Below are positions 50,547-62,379 of a DNA stretch of 64,000 nucleotides, piece after piece. Location: the NCBI GenBank assembly GCA_950097015.1, contig CATNEN010000001.1, positions 14,756,001 through 14,820,000 of the forward strand, in the 5' to 3' direction. Every line of letters starts with the position of its first letter. The first letter of the stretch is position 1. A model generated the notes under the pieces. It was given only the letters and a program-made list of their open reading frames with translations, searched no databases and was not told the DNA's origin. The translations under genes were made by a program, and so were the position numbers. Origin of the DNA: Macrostomum hystrix. Its lineage: Eukaryota > Animalia > Platyhelminthes.

Positions 50547-51174
50547 ACCTGCTAATGGTAAGTCCGCATGTGGTCTGCAGCTTTTGAAGCTTTTTTTAAA
50601 CAAGAGGAAAAAATTGCTGTCTTTTCTAATCATACGTGCTCGCACAACTTCACCTGCTCATTGTCCCGGATCGAAGTTTTTGTTATCGAAACTCGGTTTT
50701 AAAAAAAGTCCTTTAACTGGACCTGCGAACTAGGATATTGATCGCGGCGAAAACGAGAACTACTTAAGTAGAATACTAGTAGCCCTTGGGCGACAAACTG
50801 AAACACCTGCTCAGCCCGCAACCACAATAGAGGGAATTAAGAATCTGCTTGGTTTAGCTTTTGTATTTTTCTTTGACATTGTCGGCGAAATATAAGCTAG
50901 TTTGTGCATGAGTTTTACTGAATCATGTAACAAGAAGCAATGCTATTGTTAAGCTTGCGTCAAAAGCGATTTTATTTCGTTGAAAATATTAAGCAACTTG
51001 TACAGAACATTTTAATGCACTATGCATTCAGCTCTTTCAGTCATAAGGGGTAAATTTTTATGAAAAATTACACGACTCTCACTGGCTAGATATTTAAACA
51101 AAGAGTAAATCAAGTAGACAGCAGCTAGTCGTTCATTCCCAGTAACTGCATGGACGGCATTCAGCATGGACTGA

Positions 51175-52797
51175 CTAGCCCGTGGCAGCAGTCGTTGTCC
51201 TTTCACGATACCAGGCGTCATCGTCGAGTGGCGCAAAGCGAACATTGCCAGCGCCGAGGTAGTTGTTCCACATCGAGCTCTGGCCCTTGGCTTCAATGTG
51301 CGGCAGCTCATTGTGCGCTTCGACCAGCGACAGCAATGCCTTTTGCGGTCGCCTTCTTCGATCATCGTAGCTGGTGTAGTCCTCATCGTCGTATGTTTGC
51401 GTCGCTGGCGTAGTCAACGGTCTCTCATTGCCTGCAGCGTCCACCTGAGCGGACGAGAATGTTGACGTTGATGACGTGCCATCAGCACCTCGTCTGTGTT
51501 TTCGCCGCTGTTGGCCTGGTGGACGACGTCGCCAGGACTGCAGCAGGCGAGGATCTGTCAGGTCCAGCTCGCCGTCGCCGCCTCGCCGGGACTCAAATTC
51601 GAGCTGCTCGCGTCGCCTTGCTCGCTCAAGAGCTCCGCCGAACAGCTGACCCAAGTCAGCGTCAGCCTCGTCCATGAGACGATCTGCAGAGTCGCGAACC
51701 GGTCGTTCGTCTAAGATGCGCCGAGTTGCCACGCCGAATGTGACGGCCATCTGCTGCATGTGCCGATGCTCGCGCCACTCGTCTAGCCTTTTCCTCCTGC
51801 GCTCCTGCAGCCGCTCGAGTTCCAACTCTTCAGCCGACTTTTCTTCCTTCTTTGAGTAGTCGACGTCGAAACTGGTGAGCTTGGGCCGCTCGGCGCGGGG
51901 AAACAGCTCCTCGAGCATGCGGTTCTGCTGGGCGCGCGACAGGCTGTGAAAGCCGCCCCCACTGCGAGCTCTGCCTGCATTTCGACTGGCGCCCAGGTGA
52001 AGCGTGTCCTCTGTCTTCTCCCAGTGCAGGAATGCTTGATCCTGGTCATCGTTCGGCTGCTGATCATCAGCTGCTGCCTCTGCTCCTCCTGCAGCGGCGT
52101 CGTTACCCGCCATATTTCTTCTAGGCCGTCGGTCAGCCGAAGTTTCTGTTGGCCGCAGCAGACCTTGATTAGCCAGCTGGCCAAGCCAGAATTGGTCCTG
52201 GTCGTCGCGGGATCGGAACTGCTGCTTCTGCTCGCGCTGCACAAGTCGATAGTACTTCGACTTGGCCACGTCCGCAACAAACTGCGAGTCGGTTGTGAGG
52301 TCGACCTTGTCTAAGCGTTTGTGCAGCTTGTGCTGCTCCTTCTTGCGAGCGGCGGCCTTCTCAGCGGCCTCCCTGGCTGCCTCGGCTTTGGCCTGTTCGC
52401 GCGCCTCGCGATCTCGTTCCACCTTGGTCTGAAGCCGATCGTAATGATCCAGGTACGTGTAGAATCGATCCTGCTCCTCCGGCTGCATCAGCGACATGAG
52501 GCGCTGATCGCGCTGCTTTCTTCGGGCCAACTCTTCCTTGGGATCGAGCTCCAGCAGTACCACCTCCTGGCCGAACGGGCGATTCGCTCGGCGTCTTTTC
52601 CACTCCTCAAACGAGGGCATGTCACGGCTTGACGGCATTTTCAGCTGGTCCGAGTGCTGCTGATTTTCCTGTGGCTGCTTCTGCTGTGCCTGCGGCTGCC
52701 GTCTCGGACTGCCTGCTCGATAGTGAAAGGTGCACACGCGGCTGCGGCTTGTAGCGCCACCGTCGGCAAAGTCTTGCTCGTCTAACATCACGCTCAT
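51175..52797 (-). CDS. Uncharacterised charged/coiled-coil protein, 540 aa, single coding exon; candidate ciliary protein
   Basis: Long GC-rich ORF with the same codon style as neighbouring genes; E/R/K-rich helices; no recognisable domain; X-box 415 bp upstream. Confidence 0.8.
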   Translation of the reverse strand: MSVMLDEQDFADGGATSRSRVCTFHYRAGSPRRQPQAQQKQPQENQQHSDQLKMPSSRDMPSFEEWKRRRANRPFGQEVVLLELDPKEELARRKQRDQRLMSLMQPEEQDRFYTYLDHYDRLQTKVERDREAREQAKAEAAREAAEKAAARKKEQHKLHKRLDKVDLTTDSQFVADVAKSKYYRLVQREQKQQFRSRDDQDQFWLGQLANQGLLRPTETSADRRPRRNMAGNDAAAGGAEAAADDQQPNDDQDQAFLHWEKTEDTLHLGASRNAGRARSGGGFHSLSRAQQNRMLEELFPRAERPKLTSFDVDYSKKEEKSAEELELERLQERRRKRLDEWREHRHMQQMAVTFGVATRRILDERPVRDSADRLMDEADADLGQLFGGALERARRREQLEFESRRGGDGELDLTDPRLLQSWRRRPPGQQRRKHRRGADGTSSTSTFSSAQVDAAGNERPLTTPATQTYDDEDYTSYDDRRRRPQKALLSLVEAHNELPHIEAKGQSSMWNNYLGAGNVRFAPLDDDAWYRERTTTAATG

Positions 52798-53211
52798 TTG
52801 CTTTATTAGGGTCGCTCAGTATGCGAAACTCTACAGTGGGGGTAGAGAAACGGTTTGGGTTGGCAGTGCAGGAAGGTGTGCAGCGAATGTGCAGACTGCA
52901 GTAAAGCCGGGGGTGTCTTTCTTCGCACAAAAATGCACTCTCAATGATACTCAGCGCACAAAATGGATTGCCAAGCTATTAACTTTTGGCCAAAACCTGC
53001 CACTGCAAGCTATGCTTTCACCTGGCCCTGTCTTCTCTGCCTACAGCAGTATGGCTAGTGAGTTAATGAATAGCCCGCTTGGCTTTACTCTATTGCCTAC
53101 CCATGGCAACCCCTGAACTGGCGCAGTTGAAAGAACGGGGCAGAGGGCAGTGAGCGCTCGGGGCTGACGAGGCTTACACCTGGCCTCGCTCACGGCCGCT
53201 ACGCCTACAGC

Positions 53212-53225
53212 GTTGCCATAGCAAC
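53212..53225. promoter_or_regulatory. RFX X-box GTTGCCATAGCAAC (second half-site CCATGGCAAC at 53101-53110)
   Basis: Matches RFX consensus GTTNCCATRGNAAC; upstream of the 540-aa gene. Confidence 0.7.
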
Positions 53226-53582
53226 GGCAGTCTACCACCGGCTCTTCTAAATGGCTTCTTTTTCATCTCTTCTCTCTCTGCCTCTCTTGCCATATTTCAT
53301 CCCTCGGTCTCTCATTTTATCGTCGTAGCATCCAACCCAACCCATCAACTCCCCAGAGATTCAGCTGCTGCAGCCGACTGGAGCAGCTGAGGTGGGAGGA
53401 GAGGCTTGGAGTTCAGCAGGCCTTCTCTGACGTCAAATAATGTACAATCTGCGCTTCTGTCCTTCTACCAAGCTTCTTCTTAGAATACAATTTTTTGCCC
53501 AATCTGGGATTTTTCTCCTCTTTTCCTATTTCACCTACGGCGGAGCTTCTAAATCCTCAATCGGTGGCACCAACTTCATAAG

Positions 53583-53800
53583 CGCTATTGCGCGGCGCAT
53601 CTGAAGGCTGTTCAGTCCATGGACTGGTTGGACGCCACACCCACCCTCACATAGCCAAGCTGATGCTAGTACCCATTTAACAGCTGGGTGACCTGAACCA
53701 ATGCAGAGTTACTTTTCTTGCTAAATGAGTTCAAGTGGAGTCGGGAATCGAATCCTCAACCTTCAAGTCATTAGTCCGACGCCCTAACCACTAGGCTAAA
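53583..53800 (-). mobile_element. SINE family B copy
   Basis: TAGCCTAGTGGTTAG A-box, GATTCGATTCCC B-box, CORE-like segment. Confidence 0.85.
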
Positions 53801-54331
53801 ACGTTACTGCTCTCAAGGGGTTCAAATTGTTTGAACCATTGTGAATATTTAGACTTTCTGTATATGTGGCCTCCTGTTTCAGAAGGCGCGCTGTAAAAAT
53901 GTATCACATGTTTTACAATTTCATGCTTTGCTCCGCTGTCACTGCAACAATCCACCCTTGCTATTCTTCCACATTCAAAATAAAAACTCTAAATAAAGTA
54001 CATTGCTTCACTATTGACTAGTTACAGTAGTAAATGCGTATTGTGTAAATGTGTAGATGTAGTATATATATTTTAATGAAGATGTTTCCTAATTGGTCTT
54101 CAAACAATATTTCGTTCTTAAATTGCGACAAAAATGAAGTTTGCACTTTTGAGAGTACATTCATGCCTGTACACCTTTATTATTTTTTCCATTTGATTGA
54201 GCTTACATTTATCTTGCCCAGAAAAGCTATTAGCCTACTCTGAAATTTCATTTTGCATTAGCAATTAGGCACGGAAAAAAATATTTAGTTCATTCATGTA
54301 AAAGTTGAACGCTAAATGGGTAGATTTGCAT

Positions 54332-54693
54332 GGGGTGAGTGGCAGAGCGATTAACGCGTTTGCCTCTCGCACCAACGTCCCTGAGCTCGATTCCGCGGCG
54401 AGGCCACATTCAATTGGAGCGCAGCCGCGGAGAGAAGGCTTTGGAGGCTTGACGTGCAATTTATGTCCTTGAGGGCCAACCTCCAAGGCGCAGTGAGTGT
54501 GTACACTGCCTGACGATGAGAAAGTCAGGGCAGATGTACACACCTGTGTGAGCGCATCCCAGCGTACAGTATCTGTGTGCGTGTGTGCTCAGGAATCAGC
54601 GAAATGGGCAGAATTGCCTCCTCGCTGGCTGCGGGTCTAGTGTCACCAAATGATGTGCCATTGCCAGCAACCCTCCTGCAATTATGCTTATTA
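54332..54693 (+). mobile_element. SINE family A, near full-length
   Basis: TGGCAGAGCG A-box, GAGCTCGATTCC B-box, conserved body, ATTA tail. Confidence 0.87.
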
Positions 54694-56245
54694 CGAGTAT
54701 AAAGGGTAGACACGCTAAACTTCTGTTTGAGAGTGAGACACACTTTCTGGCTATTGCGCTGTGTGCATTTGAAATTTATCGCTAACTTTATTGCCTGACT
54801 ATTAACTGTATGTTTCTTTGCCTTACCTGTCACCGCTTTGATCGGGCATAACGGAATATTCTGTTGAAAAATTATCTATTGATTTTTTGTATTGTCTCTG
54901 AGCGACAGGGGCTGGTAAACTAGAAATATTCATTTTGACTAGTTAAAAAGTGCTTATTGTTTCCTGGTTGGGCCAATTCAAAGGCAGCATATGTGAAATA
55001 TGGGCGAAATGCTTTTTGAGTAATTAAAAACTGCAGCTCAGTTAAAAGAGAATGCTAATCGTCTTATCCCACATCCTGCATACCTGTTTCCATGCTTCAT
55101 TTGCTTGATTGGCAGTCGAGTCCAAGAGGACTGAGTCTGAATAATTCTGCTTGAGTAGTGTTTCATATTTTCAAGCATTTTGGACGTACTCGTAGCTTTG
55201 AAAAATTCCACAGAAAATTCCTCACAAAACGGCACGTCCTTCGGCTGCTTGTGTCACCCAGTGTCTTCTTCAGCACAGGTTTGGTAGGCCTTAACTGCGA
55301 GTGTGTTACGAGACGTTTGCATCCCATTGAAATGTTGAATGAAAAACAGCAGCAGAGAAGAGAAGCTATCCCAAATTCAGCTGCAATATTGTGCATCGAA
55401 AATCCCACATCACAATTGCTATATTTATTTTTTGCCTCAAAAAATACATTTGAACAGCTGGGAATGGCCCGTGACAAAGGACTGGAAGGAAGAAAAAGTA
55501 GAATACAATTGTTCGGAAATACCGCATTGTTTAAACCTCCTGAGTTGCTGCGGGAATAAAGATAAAAGATTGGGGCAGGTTGCAAAGCTGACGTCAAAGC
55601 CACTTTTTACTACTTTTTTCTATCAGCCTCATTGCTGACGATTTCAAACCCGTTGCAGGATCCAGAATAGAGGAGAAAATTGCTGGGACTTCTACACAAT
55701 AGAACACAAACGGATCCACTGGAGATCTACAGTTATAGGGGCTTCAACTTTGCCCAACTGACAGAAAAGTGAGAGTGTGGAAGCTGAGTTACAATCGCGG
55801 GCTACAAACAGCTGCAGGCTGCTCCCGGCTTGGCCCTCTAACTCCCGGCCTCTGCCCTCCCTATCCCCCCGGAGCCTCGCCGCATTCATCCGTTTCAGTT
55901 TTTCGGGCATTAATTTTGTTGCCCACAGCAACGAGACACGCGGGCGGCCCGCGTGAGTTCAGACTCTCCGGGAACTAAACTCATGCTCAACTACCAATTA
56001 GGCGTGAAAACCAATCGCGAGAGAGGAGCCCCAGCTTTAGAGATATGGGGCGAATAATGACAGACAATTTGCAGTGGGGCCAGCGAGTGAAGATAAAACT
56101 GGAGTTTGGGGGTTGTCGCGCCAATGAAAAAGTTTGTGTCGACTGTGTCGCATAAATACCACCTTCCTGGCAAAACAACATCAAGCTTTGTCTGGCCATT
56201 TTAGACTCTGGTAAACAGTGACAATCGACTGAGCAAGTGAAGAGA

Positions 56246-59200
56246 ATGCCAGCTCAAACTGAGTCCAAATCCAAGAGCAGTGCAGCCGCCTCAGCTCTGA
56301 GCAAGAAAACCGCTCTGGCTACTCCGCCAAGGTCGATCAGCCCCAAGCCACCTGCGCCTCATCCGACAGCGCCGTCTTCTGTGGCGTCGGCTCCGGCTGC
56401 TACGTCGGGTCATCAGACTATTCAGCAGCAGCAGCAGCAGCGGCAGCCGTCACCACAATTGCACGCTCCTGGCACTCTGGAAGAGATTGAAGTGTTATTC
56501 ATCAAGAATCTAGAGAAGAAGTACGAATGCCCGGTGTGCAGTCAGGTGCTGCGATACCCGATGCAGTTTCCCCAGTGCGGACACCGCTGCTGCAGTTCCT
56601 GCCTGCCAGAGCTGCTCAGGTCTGACTACACAACGCTTGTCTGTCCCACAGTCTGTGAACGAACTTTTTAATTCGAGTTTAAATACCCTTTGGTGACAGG
56701 AGACCCGTAGAAAATTCGGCCCAATCCGTTGACTCTTGAGCACACGCGCACGCATGCACACACTCACAGGTGTGTACATCTGCCCTGACTTTCTCATCGT
56801 CAGGCAGTGTACACTCTCACAGTGCCTTGGAGGTTGGACCTCATTGGTGTGAATAGTCACATCAAGCTACCAAGCCTTCTCTACGCGACTGCGCCCCAAA
56901 TAAAGTGCGGGCCTCGCCGCGGAATCATGCTCAGGGACCTTGGTGCTAAAAAACTTCAATAAAAAATCTTCTCGCCAGAGTCTCGCCCCGCTGTCCGTTG
57001 GACCAAACCAGCATCGACAAGGACAAAGTACTGGAGGACCGCGCCTTCCAGTCCGAGACGGAGGCTCTAGAAGTGAAGTGCTCCTACTGTGCCAGGGGCT
57101 GCAAGTGGACCGGACACCTTGTCGAACTAATGGTCAGCTTCCTAAAGTTTAGATTACTTTAGAATTCACACCTGTCAGATTTTACCAGACAAGGCTAGAC
57201 CCCATGTTTGCCAACGAGTTGGGTAAGATTTTTAGCGCATATCCCTTCAGTAAAACTAATACAATAGTATCAAAAACTATCTGAACTTTCCTGTTTCTCC
57301 AAATGTAGCTGGCAAAAAAGAATGAATTGTCACAGTTTCTTGAACTCATTGTACCCGCTAAGCCAGTGACGGTGTTGGGTAGCTGTCAGTGTTTTTTGGA
57401 GGCCAATCTACGAGTATAAAAAACTAAAGCGGAGTTTGATGCAAGGTAAAAATGTTGGCACAACACGAGTAAAATGAGTAAAGCATGCAGAAACACGACA
57501 ATGTGGCCTTGCCTGATTTGGAATTCATTTTAGGCAGTCCAGATGAATGGAAGTTGCAATCAAAACGCAAGTAGGATAAACCGAGTTTTTAGTGACCCAC
57601 TTTATTTTTTGTAAAAAATCTCTTTTGATTACTTGCTCAAAGCAACTGTAAAAACGTCACCGCAACACTCCAGCCTCACCTGGAGTCCTGCGACCGCGGC
57701 CTCACCGCCTGTCCTCTGAACTGCGGCATTGTGTTTGAAAAGCGTTTCCTAGAAAAGCACCGTCAGCAGGACTGCGCCAAGCGGCAGGTCGACTGTCGAC
57801 TCTGCGCGGCTAAAATGCTGGCCCAAGACGAGCCGGATCACGTGACCGAGTGTCCCAAAGCCCCGGTTCCCTGTCCGAACGGGTGCTCTGATCCTAAGCT
57901 GGTCATTGTTCACGAGACCCTGGCTGCGCATTTGACCACCTGCCCGAGACAGGAGGCCGCGTGCCCGCTGGCCATGCACGGCTGCGAGTTCAAGGTGCGA
58001 ATGGAAATTTTCTTTCCTTCATCCCATCCACAACCATTCTGTTTTATTGTTTCGCTTAAGGCAATATTTATAGGCGCTCGAAACCGACAGAAAAAATTCG
58101 CGAGATATCTTTTATATAGTAAAACCTTACAAAACCCTACGATCGATATTACAAGCAACTAGCAGCCCAGCCAATCAAACACCAGAATAGCGCGTACATA
58201 TCAGCCTACGCACAGTAGCTATAGTTTGCAAGAACGAGTTTTTTCATTAAAACGGCCCTTTTCGGGGCCACCAATAGCACGACACAACACATCCATCCTA
58301 CATCCCATCTCGCATTCCATCCATCCAATCCTACATTCCATCCCGCATTCCATCCATCCAATCCTACATTCCATCCCACATCCTATCCCACATCCATCCC
58401 ACATCCATCCCACATCCATCCCACATCCGTCCCACACGCCACATGTCCAGGGCAAGAAGCAGGATGTCCAGCTGCACCTGCAGTCGCATCAGGCGGCCCA
58501 CACTGAGCTGCTCTGTGCCGCATTCAAATCAGCTCGCGAGCGCCTCGATGCCAAGGAGAAGCTGGCTGCGCAGCTGGAGGACAAGGTGGCGGGCCTCGAG
58601 AGGCGAATCCGCTGCATGGAGTCGGTCTACGGGCCGCAGATGATCTGGCGCATCGAGGGCTACGCCGACAAGTTGGCCGATGCGAAGTCTGGCAAGAAGG
58701 TCACCATCTATAGTTCGCCGTTTCTCAGCCATCGGCATGGATACAAACTGGCAGTGTCAGCCTGCCTGTTTGGCGATGGGGCCGGTGAGTTTTAGGAGCA
58801 TTGTTTCTGCATTTTAGTTTTTCTGTAAACCCATCTTAGTTTAGTAGTGATCCCATCTCAATGTACTTACGAGGCATTTCAAATACCCAATGCCTACTTC
58901 ACGACAGCTCCCAAACAGAATGACCGGTTATCATGAAAGTCCACCACATGGATCAAAACTTTCCGCCCGTTGCGATGAACAAACGTTCAAAGCCATCCGA
59001 CGTCAGCACCGTCGAGATATTCAGTGATTCTTGTCGAAGGCCCTGGAGACAAGGACAACTAACATTGCTCCGCATAGACATCAATGGCGAATCCATATTA
59101 GTTCAATAATAATGTAATTAATTAATCAATACAGTCATCAATACAAAATAGTAAAATTCTATATTGATTACATTATGAAATTTTGTGATCAGTAAAATTA

Positions 59201-60843
59201 TGCTCATAAATTGGTTGTTTTTGCCAAAAGACACCCGACGAGAACCGTTGAACCGTTGAAAACATCTCGACGATGCCGATGTTTTGTGATTCTGGAAGTT
59301 GTTTACCGGATTGAGCGGAAATTCTCAGCCAAGAGTAAAGCGCAAGATTAGCGAGGAATAATAGTTTCTGGCAACCACTGCACTCCATCGCACTGTAGAT
59401 GTAAAATCAATTGTGACATTCAATCGCAAGTATCTAGTTTTGTCACGTCCTTGGCGCGCGCTTAATTTTTGGCCGACATTAACATCCGTCTGCTGGCTTT
59501 GTAGAACTAGCACGGTGCATGTAAAGCTATAAAGAGTCTCAGAAGCTCATTCTAGTCGATGGAATATCGCTTGTATCTTCATCCCTTGCCGATAAATTAA
59601 AGAATTTTTTTATTATATCAAAATGAATGCTTGTTTTAATACTTCTTATTAAATTAAAATGTTTTGTTTAAGCTTTGCCTAGTGATTAGAGTGGGCGGTC
59701 AGTGGCAGAGCGGTTTACGCGTTTGGCTCGATCGTACCAATGTCACTGAGCTCGATTCTGCAGTGAGGCCACATTCATTTGGGGCGCAGCCGCGGAGAGA
59801 AGGCTTGGGGGCTTGTCGTGCAATTTAGGCATTTGAAGGCCAACATCCAAGGCACAGTCAGAGTGTACACTGCCTGACGCTGAGAAAGTCGGGGCAGATG
59901 TACACACCTGTGTGAGTGTGTGCCTGCGTACGGTATCTGTTTGCGTGTGCGCGTCAGGAGTCAGCGAAATGGGCGGAATTGCCTCCTCGCTGGCTGCGGG
60001 TCTAGTGTCACCATTGATGTGCCATTGCCCGCAGCCCTCATGCAATTATTATAATTATTAATTGTGGTTAGAGTCTTGGACCAAGGCTTCAAGGTCAGGG
60101 GTTCGGTTCGATTTTCGACTCCAGTGTCACAGCAAGACACAGTTGATTGCCTCATTTCACCCTGATGTTAGATTGGTACCAACATCAGCAAGGGGTATAT
60201 GAGAGCTAAGTTCAATTATTAAACTGCGTTAATTGTTTTTTGAATACTTTAAATCCTAAAGTGTTTGTTAGCACTTGTTTTAAGGACTTCATCTTCATCT
60301 TCATCTTTATAGACCAGTTTTTGTAAAGAGTGATTCTTTATAAAGAAGCAATTAAAATTACCTTCATTGTTATAAAATATACCATAGTTTGGTATGGAAG
60401 CGAACAAAATATTATTGGCACATAATACATATCATACTACTTCTGTCAGTAGAAATCAAGGCTTAAATTGTTGTGCTGCTAAAAATTCTACAAAAAACTA
60501 AAATCCCTTCACAGCTCGCGGAAAGTACATGTCGGTGTTTGTCTGCGTCTGCAAGAGCGAAAACGACCCCTTGCTGCAATGGCCGTTCAGCCACCGGATC
60601 ACATTCGAGCTGCTGGATCAACGTGAACAACACGAAGCACGCCGGAACATTGTGTACACATTCAAGCCGAATCTATGCGAAGAGAACCGGCCATTCCTGG
60701 ACCGACCAATCGGTGAGAGAAATCCCAGCTTCGGCTCCGTCAGGTTCGCCGATCTTGATAGTCTGGAAAATCTGCAGTTCGTTCGAGACGACACCATCTT
60801 CATCAAGGTCACCGTCGATTGCGACTCTGTGAAGCCGTTCTAA
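56246..60843 (+). CDS. TRAF4: TRAF4/TRF-1-like TNF receptor-associated factor (RING, TRAF zinc fingers, coiled coil, MATH/TRAF-C); join(56246..56619, 56979..57132, 57674..57994, 58451..58784, 60515..60843), 503 aa
   Basis: RING CPVC..CGHRCCSSC..CPLD; CSYCARGCKWTG; MATH YGPQMIWRI..SSPFLSHRHGYKL..LFGDG..LLQWPF..LLDQ..RPIGERNPSFG..FVRDDTIFIKVTVD; phases consistent. TRAF family secure, paralogue assignment less so. Confidence 0.9.
56693..56946 (-). mobile_element. SINE family A, truncated copy in TRAF intron 1
   Basis: Shared body including the CTGACGATGAGAAAGTCAG hairpin. Confidence 0.8.
58285..58445. repeat. Degenerate CATCCCACATC-type repeat before the TRAF exon 4 acceptor
   Basis: Direct reading. 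Confidence 0.8.
58872..59330. mobile_element. Repeat family C copy with imperfect inverted arms
   Basis: 58995-59052 is roughly the inverse of 59220-59285; homologous to the 45790 copy. Confidence 0.65.
59693..60063 (+). mobile_element. SINE family A, full-length, inserted into the A-box of a SINE B-like element
   Basis: TSD GTGATTAGAGT (59682-59692) / GTGGTTAGAGT (60064-60074). Confidence 0.88.
60064..60195 (+). mobile_element. Remainder of the interrupted SINE B-like element (head begins ~59676)
   Basis: GGTTCGATT B-box, GCAAGACAC..TTGCCTCATTTCACCC..GGTACCAACATCAGC CORE-like segment. Confidence 0.7.
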
Positions 60844-62021
60844 AAAACGGTCAGAATTTGATACTGAATTGCGTCAGTTATTTTAGTCTGCATGGACTGA
60901 TATTTTCTTTGAAGAGATATTTTTGTTTTCTTGTGTTTTTAAAAAGAACTATATGTAGAACTGTTTACGTTAATCGTAATATTTCCGTCATTTGTGTTGT
61001 ACCATACAAGTCTATAGCCGGAAAATTATTTTGCTGCAATAACATTTTTGTGAAACAAAAAAAATAAGCAAACATAAACATTAATAAACAAAAATATATA
61101 AAATATTAAATTAAATTTTCAATAAAAAAGAAAAACAAAATTTAGAAATATGAAGTTTGACTTTTTACGCTTTATACTTATCTTTTTTAATTTTTTCCTC
61201 GTAACTTTTTTGTTCTATTGTTATGTTTCTTCAGTAAAAGAAGAGTTCATTTAACGAAGAAAAAATTAAGTCGATTTTACGTGTCCCGGTCAACTTTATG
61301 TGCTAAAAATAAAAGAAGTGACATAAAGCTTCAAAATGTTTACACAAACCGGCAATATAATATTATTAAATCTGCCTCTGCTACGATTATTAGTGTGATG
61401 TCTTGTTATCGCAGAAGAACTGCTTCTCCCGTTCTACGTCTTTATCTGTAAAAATACTACTGCAAATCAATTTGCGTATGTGTGTCTTCTGAGTTTATAT
61501 TTACTAGTTTATAATAATTAAACTTTATATCGGCTATTTTCTTGCCTAAAATTGTAATCTATACCGAAATGTGTATTTTTATGTTTCCAAATCAAACGAC
61601 AATAAATATTTTATTCTACGCGAACAGCGCATAAAATTAAAATTGAGCTACAAGAAAAACCCGGAACTTCCAGTTCGTCAGGTTTTCTAAGAGGCACGCG
61701 ACTTACAGGCCATCTATAAATTTCTGAATTAATTAGTTAAAGATAACTAATTACTACCGCATAGAGATTAGAATTTTCCGCGTCTGGGTACAGGGATATC
61801 AACGGTTCAATTAGTTTGAACAAGCACGTGTTATTGTCCGGAAAATGAAGTAAATTTCATCCCTCGATTTGATTAGAATGTATGATTTGTCTTTGACTCA
61901 AATGATTTTTAATGAAATTGATCTGATTTCATCGCTTTCTATCTTCGTGTGCTGCTTTCGCTTCTTTAACTTGAAATTCTAACTGGGCCATTGTAAATGT
62001 AAATCTACGATTACTCACTAC

Positions 62022-62379
62022 CAGGGACAACTAAAACTACAGATTCTATATTCTATATATTCTATATTATATTATTCTATATTCTATATTATATATTACA
62101 GATTCTATGAGTTTGAATGACAAAACCCGAGATTGAATGGCACAGAGCGATAGTCTATGGGCCAAACCGCGCCAACTGGCTGGATTAATTCTATGGGGGG
62201 CTGAGTATGAATGACAAAACACTGAGATTGAATGGCAAAAGCTATATTTAATCTAACCGTTAATGCCTGATAGCAGAGAAGACTTGAAAAAGCCATAGAA
62301 CAATACTTTTAAGCGAGCCCCTCAGATTTTTTGCCATGAATTGGCTCGTTTCGCGTCCCGAGGGTTTTAGTTGTCCTTG
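62022..62379. mobile_element. 358-bp MITE (hAT- or P-like)
   Basis: 16-bp TIRs CAGGGACAACTAAAAC / GTTTTAGTTGTCCTTG (1 mismatch); exact 8-bp TSD CTCACTAC at 62014-62021 and 62380-62387. Confidence 0.88.

Noticed and set aside
50547-51174. Operon-like trans-spliced pairing of the 540-aa gene and the lectin gene
   Set aside because: The acceptor before the lectin ATG has a plausible cis donor ~105 nt upstream (cag|gtgaag near 50653), so a 5' UTR intron is simpler
54595-54685. Complete HDV-like ribozyme in SINE A
   Set aside because: No upstream P1 strand, no GG for P1.1 after the 7-nt P1', and no C-R-A junction before P2'; an alternative hairpin (CAGCGA/TCGCTG) accounts for the motif
55038-55640. 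Overlapping 130-146-aa ORFs upstream of the TRAF gene
   Set aside because: AT-rich, non-ATG starts, no motifs, codon style unlike the real genes
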